A stretch of DNA of 21,028 nucleotides from Octopus sinensis (lineage: Eukaryota): positions 1 to 21,028 of the forward strand of contig NW_021823741.1 of NCBI RefSeq assembly GCF_006345805.1, given 5' to 3'. Shown piece after piece: positions 1-10,719 of the stretch. The notes under the pieces were generated by a model. The model saw only the letters and a list, made by a program, of their open reading frames with translations, was not told the DNA's origin and searched no databases. Numbering within the stretch: the first letter of the stretch is position 1; every line of letters starts with the position of its first letter. Both the position numbers and the translations under genes were made by a program.

Positions 1-81
1 CATATGATCCGTATTTTATGTTGTGTGCACACGTTTGAATGTTCAGATTTGTCAATGTGTATCTATGTACATATATATAAA

Positions 82-113
<32 letters not shown>

Positions 114-316
114 AAAGTGAGAGGAAGACAGACAGATTATGCGTGCGTTGCGTACGCGTGCATTATGCATGTTTTTGTATTTGTATATGCTTGTCTATAT
201 GCTTTTATGTGTTTATATATATATAGATATGTATAAATACTTTCACATACCAGCTCGCGACCGTGGTATATACGTATTGAATAGACGGCAATGCGTATAT
301 ATGTGTGTGTGTGTAT

Positions 317-352
<36 letters not shown>

Positions 353-2620
353 ATATATACCACTTACACGCACACACACACATGCATGAATACACACATG
401 TATATGTATATATCCATGCATGTGTAATACACATGTAGTATATGTGAATATATTCCCATATGCATGCTTGTGCATTATACATGTGCTTGTGTTATATGTG
501 TGTGTGTATGCATATATGCATGTATATATATATACACACACATATCTATATGCCTGTATGTGTGTGCACGTGCGTCCGTAGTGCGTGATGCGTATTTATG
601 TACGTGTTTCGTATGCATATGTATATCGTACTCTGTCACGACACACCAAATCTCGGCTTATGTTTTCATGACTCTGTACATGTGAATCGAGAAGGCTTAA
701 TCAGTTATTTAAATATTTATACGTATGAGCGAGTGTATTGAGGTATATATTTGTGTATATGATTGTATATATACATATGTGTGTGTGTATGTGTGTGTGT
801 GCGCGTGTGTATGGTGTGTGTGTGTCCATATATCTATAAATATGTATGTATGTAGGTACATCTATATATATACTATCTACATATATATATATATATATAA
901 TATAAATATATATATATATTATTATATTATTATAACATGCATAAGTGTATGTGTGCGCATGTGTGTATTTCTCAGAGAATGTATGCTTTTAATTTGATGC
1001 ATGTGTGCCTGAGTACGTCTGTGTTCGTTTAAGCGCGGACATATTTTTAGTGCGTTTTATGGATGTGTATGCATGTGCTCAGCGTAGGTATGTATGTATG
1101 CATGTATGTATGTATGTATGTATTTATGTATGTATGTATGTATGTATGTATTTATGTATGTTATGTATGTATTTATGTATGTATGTAGTATGTATGTATG
1201 TATGTATGTTTGTATGTATGTTTGTATGTATGTATGTATGTATATATGTATGTATAAGTTAGGAATGTTGTGCGTGTTTGTCCATGAATTTATGCATGAA
1301 TGAACGTCTTGTATACATCCGTTTGTATGAGATTATATGAGTATATGTATATATGCATATATGTATGTGCATACATAGAGGGATATATGTATATCTATGT
1401 GTGTGAGTTTGTACCAATGTGTATATGTGAGCGTTTATATGTGTGTGTGCGTGTGCGTGCATGTATGTGTGTGTGCGCGCGCTCGTATGTGTGTACGTAC
1501 GCATGATGTTAAAATGGCGCCTTGCCATGATATCATTAAAACTATCGAAATGCATAAAAAATCTTTCAACAACGTCAAGAAACAACTCTCCTCGAAAATA
1601 TTCATAAAATTATTTTGTCCGCCCTGTTCTTTCCCCTTTCTACTAATCACCAGAATAACTTTTTTAATGGGCTGCAATAAAAACCATTATAATAAAAGAC
1701 AATATCACATAGTTACAATAAATATGAACGTCTGCTCACACCTTAACCACCATTTGTATCGCAGGACATCTCGATGATAAGTTCATATGACCCTCATATA
1801 AAATACTGCTGGCATTTTTGAAAGCTTTTATATATCAAATTCTCTCCCAAAGTACCAAACATTGACAAGAACATAAAAATGTGCGTGTATTTTCTAATGC
1901 ATTACAAACACATATATATACATATATACAAATATAGATTTTGTGTGCATATGTGCGTGTAGCTATGCATTAATCTAACCTTCTGTATGTGTGTGTGCAT
2001 ATATGTGTATATGTATATATATATATATAATGATATAAAATGCGTATTTATCATTCCTTTATATGCATACATATATGTGTGTGTGAGTATATATAGATAA
2101 ATAATAATACATACATACATACATACATACATACAACATACAACATACATGCATACATACATACATACATATATATATATATATTATTATATATATATAT
2201 ATTAATATATATATATTTTTATACGTTTCAACCATTAGGCTGTAACCATACACGTAATATATATGTATGTGTGTGCGTGTATAAGTATTTATGCGTATAT
2301 ATATGACTGTGCGTATCTGCAGAATTTTATTATATTTGCATGCATACACAAATAGACACATACACACGTATATATAACACACATATAAAGGTAATTATGC
2401 ATGCTTAACAAATTCATATGTGTGTATATGGGTCTGTGTGTGTATATATATATATAGAGAGAGAGAGACAGCGAGAGATACACATAGATACACACACACA
2501 CACATACACACACATATATATATATATATACACATCATAAGTACACATATGTATATATGTATGTGTGTATGTATGTATGATTCATTTCATTTCTATAAAA
2601 TATGCGCGGCGTTGTACATG
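1..2620. repeat. Mosaic of degenerate alternating purine-pyrimidine microsatellites (TG/CA, TA, TATG/CATA)
   Basis: Directly visible, e.g. (TG)n ~83-112, (TA)n ~317-359, (TATG)n 1089-1250, (CATA)n ~2108-2170. Short unique islands lie at ~625-720 and ~1500-1880. Confidence 0.95.
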
Positions 2621-2905
2621 TATTAATTCTGGTTTAAATAAATACAATCGTGTGTGTAAATGATTGATAACACACAGTGAGGCGGATCACATTCCTGTTT
2701 AATGGGAGGACCTGAAGTTAAGAACGCAAGATATTGAAACAAACGTCAATATCTCCGTGATGCCGCAGCTTAGAGTGCAAGGTCGTCACTCAAAATTAGA
2801 GGGTTGTGAGTTAAAAATCATCTGCCCTAACACAGAACGCAGCGTGACACCGCTATGACACGATGCAATGATCATTTGGCTGCCAACCCCACCATCCATT
2901 GCATC

Positions 2906-2974
2906 CATACATACATACATACATACATACATACATACATACATACATACATACATACATACATACATACATAC
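2906..2974. repeat. (CATA)n microsatellite
   Basis: Perfect CATA run of about 17 units. Confidence 0.97.
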
Positions 2975-3005
2975 AATCAAAATGGCCTGATCTACATAAA
3001 CTTAC

Positions 3006-3044
3006 ATTTATAAACCGTTCCCTTCTGATGATGAGTGGTCGTAT
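3006..3044 (-). other. Candidate 39-nt internal exon
   Basis: Minus strand reads atttatatatttcag|ATACGACCACTCATCATCAGAAGGGAACGGTTTATAAAT|gtaagttt. Acceptor and GTAAGT donor are canonical, the length is divisible by 3, and two of three phases are open. No homology recognised. Confidence 0.35.
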
Positions 3045-3267
3045 CTGAAATATATAAATGTTACTTAACTTTCCTTTTAGCATTCTTGGAAACACTCCGT
3101 CATCATTACTTGTAATTTTACTAATATACAATATACTCTTACATACATACAAACATACATACATACATACATACACACATAAATACATATATATATATAT
3201 TTATGTGTGTATATATATATATATATATATCTATATATATATATATATATATATATGGTATCCTTAT

Positions 3268-3520
3268 TCAATCAGAATTTGGAAAATTGTGGCTTTTGAA
3301 ACATGTGTAGAATGCAATAAAGGAATTCTGTTCAATCTTCGTCAACTCCATTTCTTCAATTCACTAATAATATTAAAATTCAATTATCGCACCAACGCAC
3401 GGTTGCAACACCAAATGGTTTTATCTCCAACCGTGCTTTCTTCTGCTGTGATTTTTGCTACCAAGGTATCGGTTAAACTTTTGATTAATCTACAAAAGAT
3501 TATTCATCTTTCTATTTTAC
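3268..3520 (-). mobile_element. Possible mariner 5' fragment (N-terminal transposase remnant)
   Basis: Minus ORF 3351-3268, MELTKIEQNSFIAFY..., resembles mariner N-termini of the type M..xKIEQRxxIKF. No TIR or catalytic region is seen. Confidence 0.3.
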
Positions 3521-3562
3521 CAATATATATATAATATTATATATATATATATATATATATAG

Positions 3563-3956
3563 TCTTTTATTCTTTTATTTTTTCAGTCATTTGACTGCGG
3601 CCGTGTTGGAGCACCGTCTTTAGTCGAACAAATCGACCACACCACTTATTCTTTTGTAAGCCTAGTACTTATTCCATCGGTCTCTTTTGCCGAACCACTA
3701 TGCTACGGGGACGTAAACAGACCAATATTGGTTGTCAAGCGATGGCGGGGGAACAAACACAGACACACAAACATATACATACATATATACATGATGGGAT
3801 TCTTTCAGTTTCCTTCTACCATATACACTAACAAGGTTTTGGTCGACCCGAGGCTATAGTAGAAGATACTTGCTCAAGGTGCTTTGCAGTGGGACTGAAC
3901 CCGAAACCATGTGGTTGGTAAGCAAGCTACTTATCACACAGCCAATCCTGCGCTTA
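3563..3956 (-). mobile_element. tRNA-derived SINE family A, near full length
   Basis: Minus strand has an A-box-like TGGCTGTGTGATAAG and a B-box-like GGTTCAGTCCC. It continues through a CTTGAGCAAG segment, a central (TA/CA) microsatellite and a tail ending ...GCAGTCAAATGACTGAAA + (AATAAAAG)n. It matches other copies in the window. Confidence 0.9.
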
Positions 3957-4140
3957 TGTGTGTGCGTATGTTTGTGTTCGTCCACCTCCCCCAACATCAT
4001 TTGACAACCGATGCTGGTGTGTTTACGTCTCTGGGCTTACAAAGAATAAGTCCTGGAGTTGATTTGCTCGACTAAAGACCGTGCTCCAGCATGGCCGCAG
4101 TCAAATGACTGAAAACAAGTAAAAGTAAGAATAAAAGAAT
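3957..4140 (+). mobile_element. SINE family A, 3' half with internal deletion
   Basis: Contains gacaaccgatgctggtgtgtttacgtc...ctccagcatggccgcagtcaaatgactgaaaacaagtaaaag. It is the reverse complement of much of 3563-3770. Confidence 0.9.
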
Positions 4141-4187
4141 GTGTATATGTGTGTGTGTGTATACATACATACACATATAGACAGACA

Positions 4188-4530
<343 letters not shown>

Positions 4531-4702
4531 GGGCTGCGCGTAAGTATTTTTCAAATCCAAAAACAATGCAAATTCACACATTAAAAATACAGGTCGATGG
4601 TTAGTACTCTTACTTAGTATTACTCAATATTACAGGGCTAGGACGCCTTCTTCAGGGATTCTACCGAGAGAAGATGTTAATAACTGACTTCCCTACCCTG
4701 AA

Positions 4703-4712
4703 GTGTGTGTGT

Positions 4713-4754
<42 letters not shown>

Positions 4755-4778
4755 GTGCGTGTGCATGTGTGTGTTTGT

Positions 4779-4818
<40 letters not shown>
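4703..4818. repeat. (TG)n microsatellite, imperfect
   Basis: Directly visible. Confidence 0.95.
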
Positions 4819-4820
<2 letters not shown>

Positions 4821-4990
4821 AAGTGATAGATTTCTTGGAGTTGCGCTTAACTAAATATTAATGTTCTCAAATTAATGGGTGTGCATATCCCATGCTACAG
4901 TCAATCGTACGTTCACTCAAAACAACTTAGTTTATTTCAGGTATTCACGCTTCATGGGGGACGTGTAATATAACTAGCTATAGATACAGA

Positions 4991-5001
4991 CATATATATA
5001 T

Positions 5002-5033
<32 letters not shown>

Positions 5034-5065
5034 CTATATATATATATTTATCTATATATATAATC

Positions 5066-5120
<55 letters not shown>

Positions 5121-5195
5121 ATATAATATATATATATACATATATACAAACATACACAAGCGGGCAGATATATATATATATATATATATAGATAT
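4991..5195. repeat. Degenerate (TA)n tracts
   Basis: Directly visible, with TT/AA phase interruptions. Confidence 0.95.
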
Positions 5196-5279
5196 ATAGT
5201 AACTTCTATGCTGAAGTGGAGACAACATGTTCTTTGTCTATCTCCTTAACGTCTTGGAGATTAAAGGTATAATTATATC

Positions 5280-5313
5280 TGTTCTAATTTAATTAATGTT
5301 CTAATTTAATTAA
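5280..5313. repeat. Perfect 17-bp tandem duplication TGTTCTAATTTAATTAA x2
   Basis: 5280-5296 and 5297-5313 are identical. Confidence 0.9.
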
Positions 5314-5446
5314 ATTCTATGTCTTTGTGCAGCTGAGGATTGCTCTGCATTTTAAATTGATTTAATGACTGCGTTGTTCAATTAAACGGAGTTGCATTAC
5401 CTCTGGATATCCTTGTTGCTTATTTTGATATGTGTGTATATATATT

Positions 5447-5591
5447 ACGGGCTTCTTTCAGTTTCCGTCTACCAAATCCACTCACAAGGATTTGGTTGGC
5501 CTGAGGTTATAATAGAAGACACTTACCCAAGGTGAACTCGGAACCATGTGGTTGGTAAGCAGCTACTTACCACACACCCATTCCTGCGCCT
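5447..5591 (-). mobile_element. SINE family A, 5' half (B-box partly deleted)
   Basis: Reverse complement of aggcgcaggaatgggtgtgtggtaagtagc...ccttgggtaagtgtcttc...ggaaactgaaagaagcccgt. The gccacgcagtgggact segment present in other copies is missing. Confidence 0.88.
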
Positions 5592-5638
5592 ATATATTAT
5601 ATATTATATATATATATATATTATATATATATATATAT

Positions 5639-5691
<53 letters not shown>

Positions 5692-5713
5692 ATATATATA
5701 ATATATATATATA
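5591..5713. repeat. Degenerate (TA)n
   Basis: Directly visible. Confidence 0.95.
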
Positions 5714-5902
5714 TTGGATCGTTAGCCCCTACAACGCAATTTTTTTCTCTCCTTGTTTCTTTTCTGTGTATCTTTCTGTCGAAGAGCATAGGCTCGAAAC
5801 GTAAAAGACTTGTTTTATTTCTATTCCTGAGCGTCATACTAATACATTATTTGCTTGTACTCCACCTGCCTTCGTCTTTTGTTTATTTTCGTAAACCTTC
5901 CG

Positions 5903-5903
<1 letters not shown>
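5714..5903 (+). mobile_element. ~190-nt Penelope-pLTR-like / retrozyme-like element, copy 1
   Basis: Near-identical to the reverse complement of 11890-12110 with the same termini (TTGGATCGTTAGCCCCT ... CCTTCCGT). Flanked on both sides by (TA)n and contains a hammerhead-like motif. The Penelope assignment is inferred from that motif. Confidence 0.6.
5771..5808 (+). ncRNA. Minimal type I hammerhead-like motif with non-canonical core
   Basis: Parses as UCUUU (stem I) - CUGUCGA - A - GAGC AUAG GCUC (stem II) - GAAAC GUA / AAAGA (stem I'). Stem III is the loopless palindrome ACGU. The core differs from CUGANGA by A6U and an extra A after A9. Confidence 0.5.
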
Positions 5904-5941
<38 letters not shown>

Positions 5942-5942
<1 letters not shown>

Positions 5943-6035
5943 GGGGGGGGAGAAATCACAAAAAAAACAAAAGACGAAGACAGGTGGTGTAGACAACAAA
6001 CATGTATTAGTAGTATAACGCTCGGGAAGTGAAAA
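5942..6035 (-). mobile_element. Fragment of a related Penelope-LTR-like subfamily (3' part, no hammerhead segment)
   Basis: caaaagacgaagacaggtggtgtagacaacaaacatgtattagt...acgctcgggaa aligns by eye with the reverse complement of 5820-5885. Confidence 0.6.
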
Positions 6036-6344
6036 TATAGTTTTACATTTGCTATTTTAAAAATAAATGATAAGAGGGACTCAGTTTGAACGCTTTGACC
6101 GTGATCTAATCAGTCAACTTTGTGCTTGGACTAACAGTAACAATAACAATTACAACGACATCGCTTTCCTTGTCATGTTTCAAATAGCAGCCAATTGCTT
6201 TGAATTAAATCGTAATGGACACAATTAAATTAGAAAACATTGACTGAAAAGGTGCCATCTGATTTAGATATGTCTCGGCGGAATATTGGTTCAGACTATG
6301 TCTATCTTAATAGCACCACCTGATAAGATCTGTTAAGTCATTTT

Positions 6345-6690
6345 TAAGTAATGCATTGTGGTGTCATGGCCCATTCACGTAGGGAGACGCTGATGACTCA
6401 GATGCATTCAGGTATAAGTAGTTTCTCTGATATTCCTTGAAGAAATTTGTCTAGATTTTGCCTGAAAGGGATGGGATCTTCTTCTTTGATTTGTTTTGGG
6501 ATAATGTTAAATAGGGCAGGATCTGTTGCAGAAAAGAAATTGTATTACGGTGAAGTTATGTCTTGTGATTTTGAATTGTGTAGGTGGCGTATGGCACGTG
6601 ACCCCAGCCTTGGAAGAATTCTGAATCTAGTGTTTGATGGTATATTCTCCACATTGTTCCTTCCTTCTACAACTGTTATGTAATGATTAC
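6345..6690 (-). pseudogene. CR1/L2-like LINE ORF2 C-terminal remnant
   Basis: Minus translation IPSNTRFRILPRLGSRAIR...*YNFFSATDPALFNIIPKQIKEEDPIPFRQNLDKFLQGI...*...SLREWA contains the F(K/R)xxLDKFL motif of CR1/L2 ORF2 ends, with in-frame stops. Confidence 0.75.
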
Positions 6691-7005
6691 ATTTTGATGA
6701 AAGAGCGTGTACGTTCTATAATATAAACCATGGAATACCATACCGGTTTTCTGTATCTTTTACATGTGTGTGTGTGTCTGTGTCTATGTCTGTCTGCTTG
6801 TCTGTGTTTGTGTGTGTGTGTGTAGATGGATGGATGGTGGATGGATTACTAATATCTTTTCCCAGCAAATAGAGACTTATATTTCGTTCAGCTAATGGCA
6901 TAATATCAGAGCCAAGCACCAGTTCTTTAAAAAATAACTGTCTCCGATTAATTGCTGGAAATTCCAAATTTAAACATCCATATGAAAGAATTTTAAATAT
7001 TTCTC

Positions 7006-7023
7006 GTGTGTGTGAGTGTGTGT

Positions 7024-7091
<68 letters not shown>

Positions 7092-7092
7092 T
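7006..7092. repeat. (TG)n microsatellite
   Basis: Directly visible. Confidence 0.95.
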
Positions 7093-7512
7093 CTGAAAGA
7101 GTTAAATGAAAAATAAAATTTAACCAGGTGGAAACAAATATGATCTTATAAAAATGTCCCGTAGCCTATCTCCGACACACACATCTAATTTCGTGCTTGA
7201 ACTATGATATTTAGTTTCCCGCTTTTGCATTTAGAACTCAAATTTCACATGAGTCAAATTTGTGTTTCATCTCTGTAAAGTTGATTAAATCATACGCAAC
7301 CATGCAGCAATGTATGATACGCAATGAGGCAGCGGATAAAAACTACAGTATTGAGTTATAATGTTTTACACTCTGGATTCAAATTTTAGTGTACATCCAT
7401 TTCAGTTTTATCCCTCTGAGAGTCTATATAATAAATTATTAGTGATCTACAGGTAGATTCAAATAGATTCAAACCTTTGTAAATCTGTGGTCCAGTATCA
7501 ATGTAAATACTT

Positions 7513-7857
7513 AAAAAGGGTAAAGACACCCTTCGGTCACGAATAAGTATGGGATTGCACCAAAGAAGTTCCTTTCCGAGACACCAGCCCGGGAAAGGTT
7601 GTTTATGGAAGACCAGCAGTCGCCCATGCATACCAGCCTCCCCTCTCTAAGCCACTGATTTTATCCTAAGGAAAAGCAAAAACTGATACAGCTTGGCACC
7701 ATTGACGTTGCAATACATTTCTACAGCTGAATGAACTGGTGCAACGTGAAATAAAGTGTCTTGCTCAAGAATGCAACGCACAGCTTGGTACAAGAATCGA
7801 ACTCACTACCTCATGATCGTGAGCCCGACGCTCTAACCACTGAGCCATGCGCCTTCA
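7513..7857 (-). mobile_element. tRNA-derived SINE family C (tRNA-Arg-like head, CORE-like centre)
   Basis: Head GGCGCATGGCTCAGTGGTTAGAGCGTCGGGCTCACGATCATGAGGTAGTGAGTTCGATTC has clear A and B boxes. It is followed by CTTGAGCAAGACACTTTA...CAGCTGTAGAAATG (CORE-like) and a distinct tail. Possibly one of the octopus OR-type SINEs, assigned from memory. Confidence 0.85.
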
Positions 7858-7949
7858 CTAAGGATAAGTACTATTAGTATGTTATCTATGACATAATTTA
7901 TTTGATATACGTTCAATGCATAGATCCTTACGTAGTGCACGAAGCTATA

Positions 7950-8110
7950 AACTTGCCAGTCGGCAAAGGAGTCTCTAAGTGCTCGCTCGACCCGCTAAAA
8001 ATTGTAACCATAGAAAGAAAGCCTACATTTAATAATGTATGTCTGAAAATATGACAGTATGGTCACATCTGGAACACACCTAGAACAGCTATAGTCATAG
8101 ATCTATACCA
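7950..8110 (+). repeat. Unclassified old interspersed repeat (related pieces at ~9120-9230 + and ~13222-13430 -)
   Basis: A degenerate motif GGTCAC/T..CTGGAAC...TCATAGATCT is seen by eye in several places; the family is not identified. Confidence 0.3.
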
Positions 8111-8584
8111 GGGTAACAAAAGTCGTTTGGTTCTGTGGGTCAGTTTGAAGAATAAACTAGATTTAGCGTTTCGGATAGGGACAGTTATTCCTAAAATCCT
8201 TAATTGTAATGTAAGCCGAAGTAAATGGATAAAAGAGTTAAATATTTTATAACAATTTTATTGACAATTAAGAAAGGAAATAGTAACAGATGTTATCAAA
8301 GTTCTTTGCACAGTTGTGTGGGAAAAATTCATCCACATAGTATAGTTATAATCCTTAGAGTGATAATGGAAATAGAAATTGTTCAAATTGACAACAGTTC
8401 TTAAGAACACCAATGCTTGAAAGAAAGCTTACATTTTCACATTTACAAAACTTCCAGTTTCGTTTATATCAATAAATACGTGAGTGAATTTGAAAAAAAA
8501 AATCCCCGTTGGCTTCGGCGTGTATAGACAAAGTGAAGGGGAAGTGGGTTATATATTTAATATATGGATTCATAAAGCAACGAT

Positions 8585-8787
8585 CTGGCAGAAACGTTAG
8601 CATGCTGAGCAAAATGCTAAGCGAGATTTCATCCATCTTCACGTTCTGACTTCAAATCTTGCTAGGGTCGACTTTGCCTTTCAACCTTTCGGAGTCAATA
8701 AAATATTAGTTGAGGACTGGGGTGCATGCAATCGACTTACCCCTTCCCCTGAAAATGTTGGCCCCGTTCCAAAATTTGAAATCAATA
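8585..8787 (+). mobile_element. SINE family B, diverged copy with Y-type tail
   Basis: ctggcagaaacgttagca...ttcacgttctgacttcaaatc...ggtcgactttgcctttca...ctgggg...aatcgacttacccc is homologous to 20627-20859 in head and body. Confidence 0.85.
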
Positions 8788-9229
8788 TATGGATACATAA
8801 GATTCTTTTTTTATTCGCTGAGATAACAAAAACTGCTCTAAGATGCACTGGTGTCACAACTCTAGTCAAGCTGAAACTTTGAACACATGCTCGGGATATA
8901 TATTTTGCAGAATATTTTTTAAAATTAGAAAGCCGTAACAATTTTTTATGCATAAAAATTCGATAGAGGGCGGACTAGACATTGACATATCTTGGATCTA
9001 GTCCATGGGTCGTATATTTGACGCTGCTGATCTACACACTCAAAAGTCAATGCATATCTGACGACGAGAATGAAGAGCGAGTTATTCTAAGTTCCCTGGA
9101 TATAAGAAATAATCGATAAAGTCACATTTGGAACATCTTTCATCATAAGTACCTTCGAATAGAATGGATCATCACGGCTAGGACGCCTTTAATCATAGAT
9201 CTACTTGTTTAGAGTTGACCTGTGTCAAG

Positions 9230-10270
9230 ACAACAGACTTAGAACAACGTCAAAATCAACTCCAATCTAATTCGATCTCGGAACGCAAAGTTAGATGTAA
9301 ATACAATACCAGAAGATATTAATTCAAGCACTATGCCATTTCCTGCCATTCCATCATTTCTTCTGTCTCCGACCCCGTATTACAATTTCATTCTTTTTTT
9401 GCTGTTTACACATTGTAGTACTGAAAAGATTAGGAGCGGAGTTCAGAGATTTCGTGCTCCTTTTTTGGTCTCTCTCGCGTAACTAATTCTGTAACAGAGA
9501 GAAGAAAATCAACTTTAGTGCGTAAGTGGTACAGATAAAACACAAAGTAAAAATTTCTGTGTGATTTGAATTCAGAGCACAGAGAGGTGGAACAAATACC
9601 ACAAGGCATGCAGCCGACTCTACCATTGTGCTATCTTTATTAAAATATTGATTTCTTCCTTAGATGCAACATGTCAAATTTGGAATCAAGGAACAGTAGA
9701 TCTCACCAATCCCTATACTTAAGTAGCACTTTATTTATCGATCCAGAAGGGGGACAGTATATCTAACCGTGATAGGATTTGAACACACAACGTTAAAAAC
9801 CGCAATAAATGTCATGACGCTTTTTTGTCCAGGGATTTAACAATCTGCCATCAGCCCTTCTTAAAATTTCTAGTATAGACACCAAGCCCAAAATTTTAGT
9901 AGGTGGGAATTAGTAGATTAAATCTGCCTCAGTTCTTGACTGGTACCTTACTTTATCATCGAGCCCAGAAGGTTGAAAATCAAAGTTGACCTTGGTAAGA
10001 TTTGAACCCAGACTGAAAGGAACCGTAACAAATAACACAAGGCATTTTATATGACGCTCTGTCAATCGACTGCCCACAGGTACAAAGCCAGAGATTTCGG
10101 CGAGGAGCTAAGTAGATTTTACCAACCCCAGTCTTTGACTAGTACCTTATCTTATCGACCCTTGAAAGATTAAAGATAAAATTGATCTCAGCGGGATTTG
10201 AACTCAGAACCGGAAGAAACACCGCAGAGCATTCTATCTGACACACTAACGATTCAACTAATTCGCAACC
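9230..10270 (-). mobile_element. Head-to-tail cluster of 4-5 old SINE family B copies
   Basis: The motif (ttat)ttatcga(c/t)cc...aaagt(t/c)gac...gatttgaac..aga recurs at ~9520-9620, 9675-9858, 9870-10075 and 10078-10265. A fainter piece lies at ~9230-9345. Confidence 0.7.
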
Positions 10271-10719
10271 ATCGCTTTTATAAAAAAAAAAATTCACTAT
10301 ATTCTTCAAAATATTCATTCGAGATCTTAGAAGAAACAAAATTCTAGTACATTAACGAAGAAAATATCAGACTTGATGGAACTAGATTTTGTTTTTTGTT
10401 TTTGTTACTACTCTACCGTTTTTTTTTTAATTTCGTATTTTTACATTATCTTTTTTTATTAATAATTTTATATATCTCTTTACAGTCACTATAAACATTA
10501 ATGGGCGTGTGCTGCGTATACGAAAAGATCTTTGAAGATCTGTGATCTCATGGCATAAGAAAATCACTATTTATTTATTGCAAGAATTTGAAAAGGCAGT
10601 AAAATTAAGTTTGTGTCATCAGAGATTTGTTAAATTGTAAATAAGTAGATGAGATACTCGGATGAGATAATAAACTGAATGTCTAACTCAAACAAACAAC
10701 AAACTTCTCAGATACATAT

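Noticed and set aside
1511-1520. YY1-like AAAATGGCGC (another, AAGATGGCGC, at 11276-11285)
   Set aside because: Isolated short motifs with no other promoter evidence.
1435-1677. Minus-strand open frame bounded by ttgcag and gtacgt (171 nt)
   Set aside because: No recognisable homology or codon bias, and the donor abuts a microsatellite, so chance is likely.
23-2626. Many 60-126 aa ORFs rich in Y/I/C/V/M/H/T
   Set aside because: They are translations of TA/TG/CA/TATG repeats, which lack stop codons in several frames.
3024-3050. CTGATGA / ATGATGA ... CTGA(AA), resembling a hammerhead core or snoRNA C and D boxes
   Set aside because: No stem II pairing, and the C-D spacing of about 10 nt is far too short for a snoRNA.
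4630-4660. Minus-strand CTGAAGA-AGGC-gtccta-GCC resembling half a hammerhead
   Set aside because: No GAAA or cleavage triplet follows.
5333-5385. Canonical hammerhead core CTGAGGA
   Set aside because: No downstream GAAA and stem II closure is present in this copy. It might be a deleted remnant but cannot be supported.
7790-7857. tRNA-like sequence ending in CCA on the minus strand
   Set aside because: The acceptor stem pairs poorly and the sequence continues into a SINE body and tail, so it is a SINE head.
8968-9004. GC box and an 8-bp inverted repeat GGACTAGA/TCTAGTCC
   Set aside because: Too short, with no supporting context.
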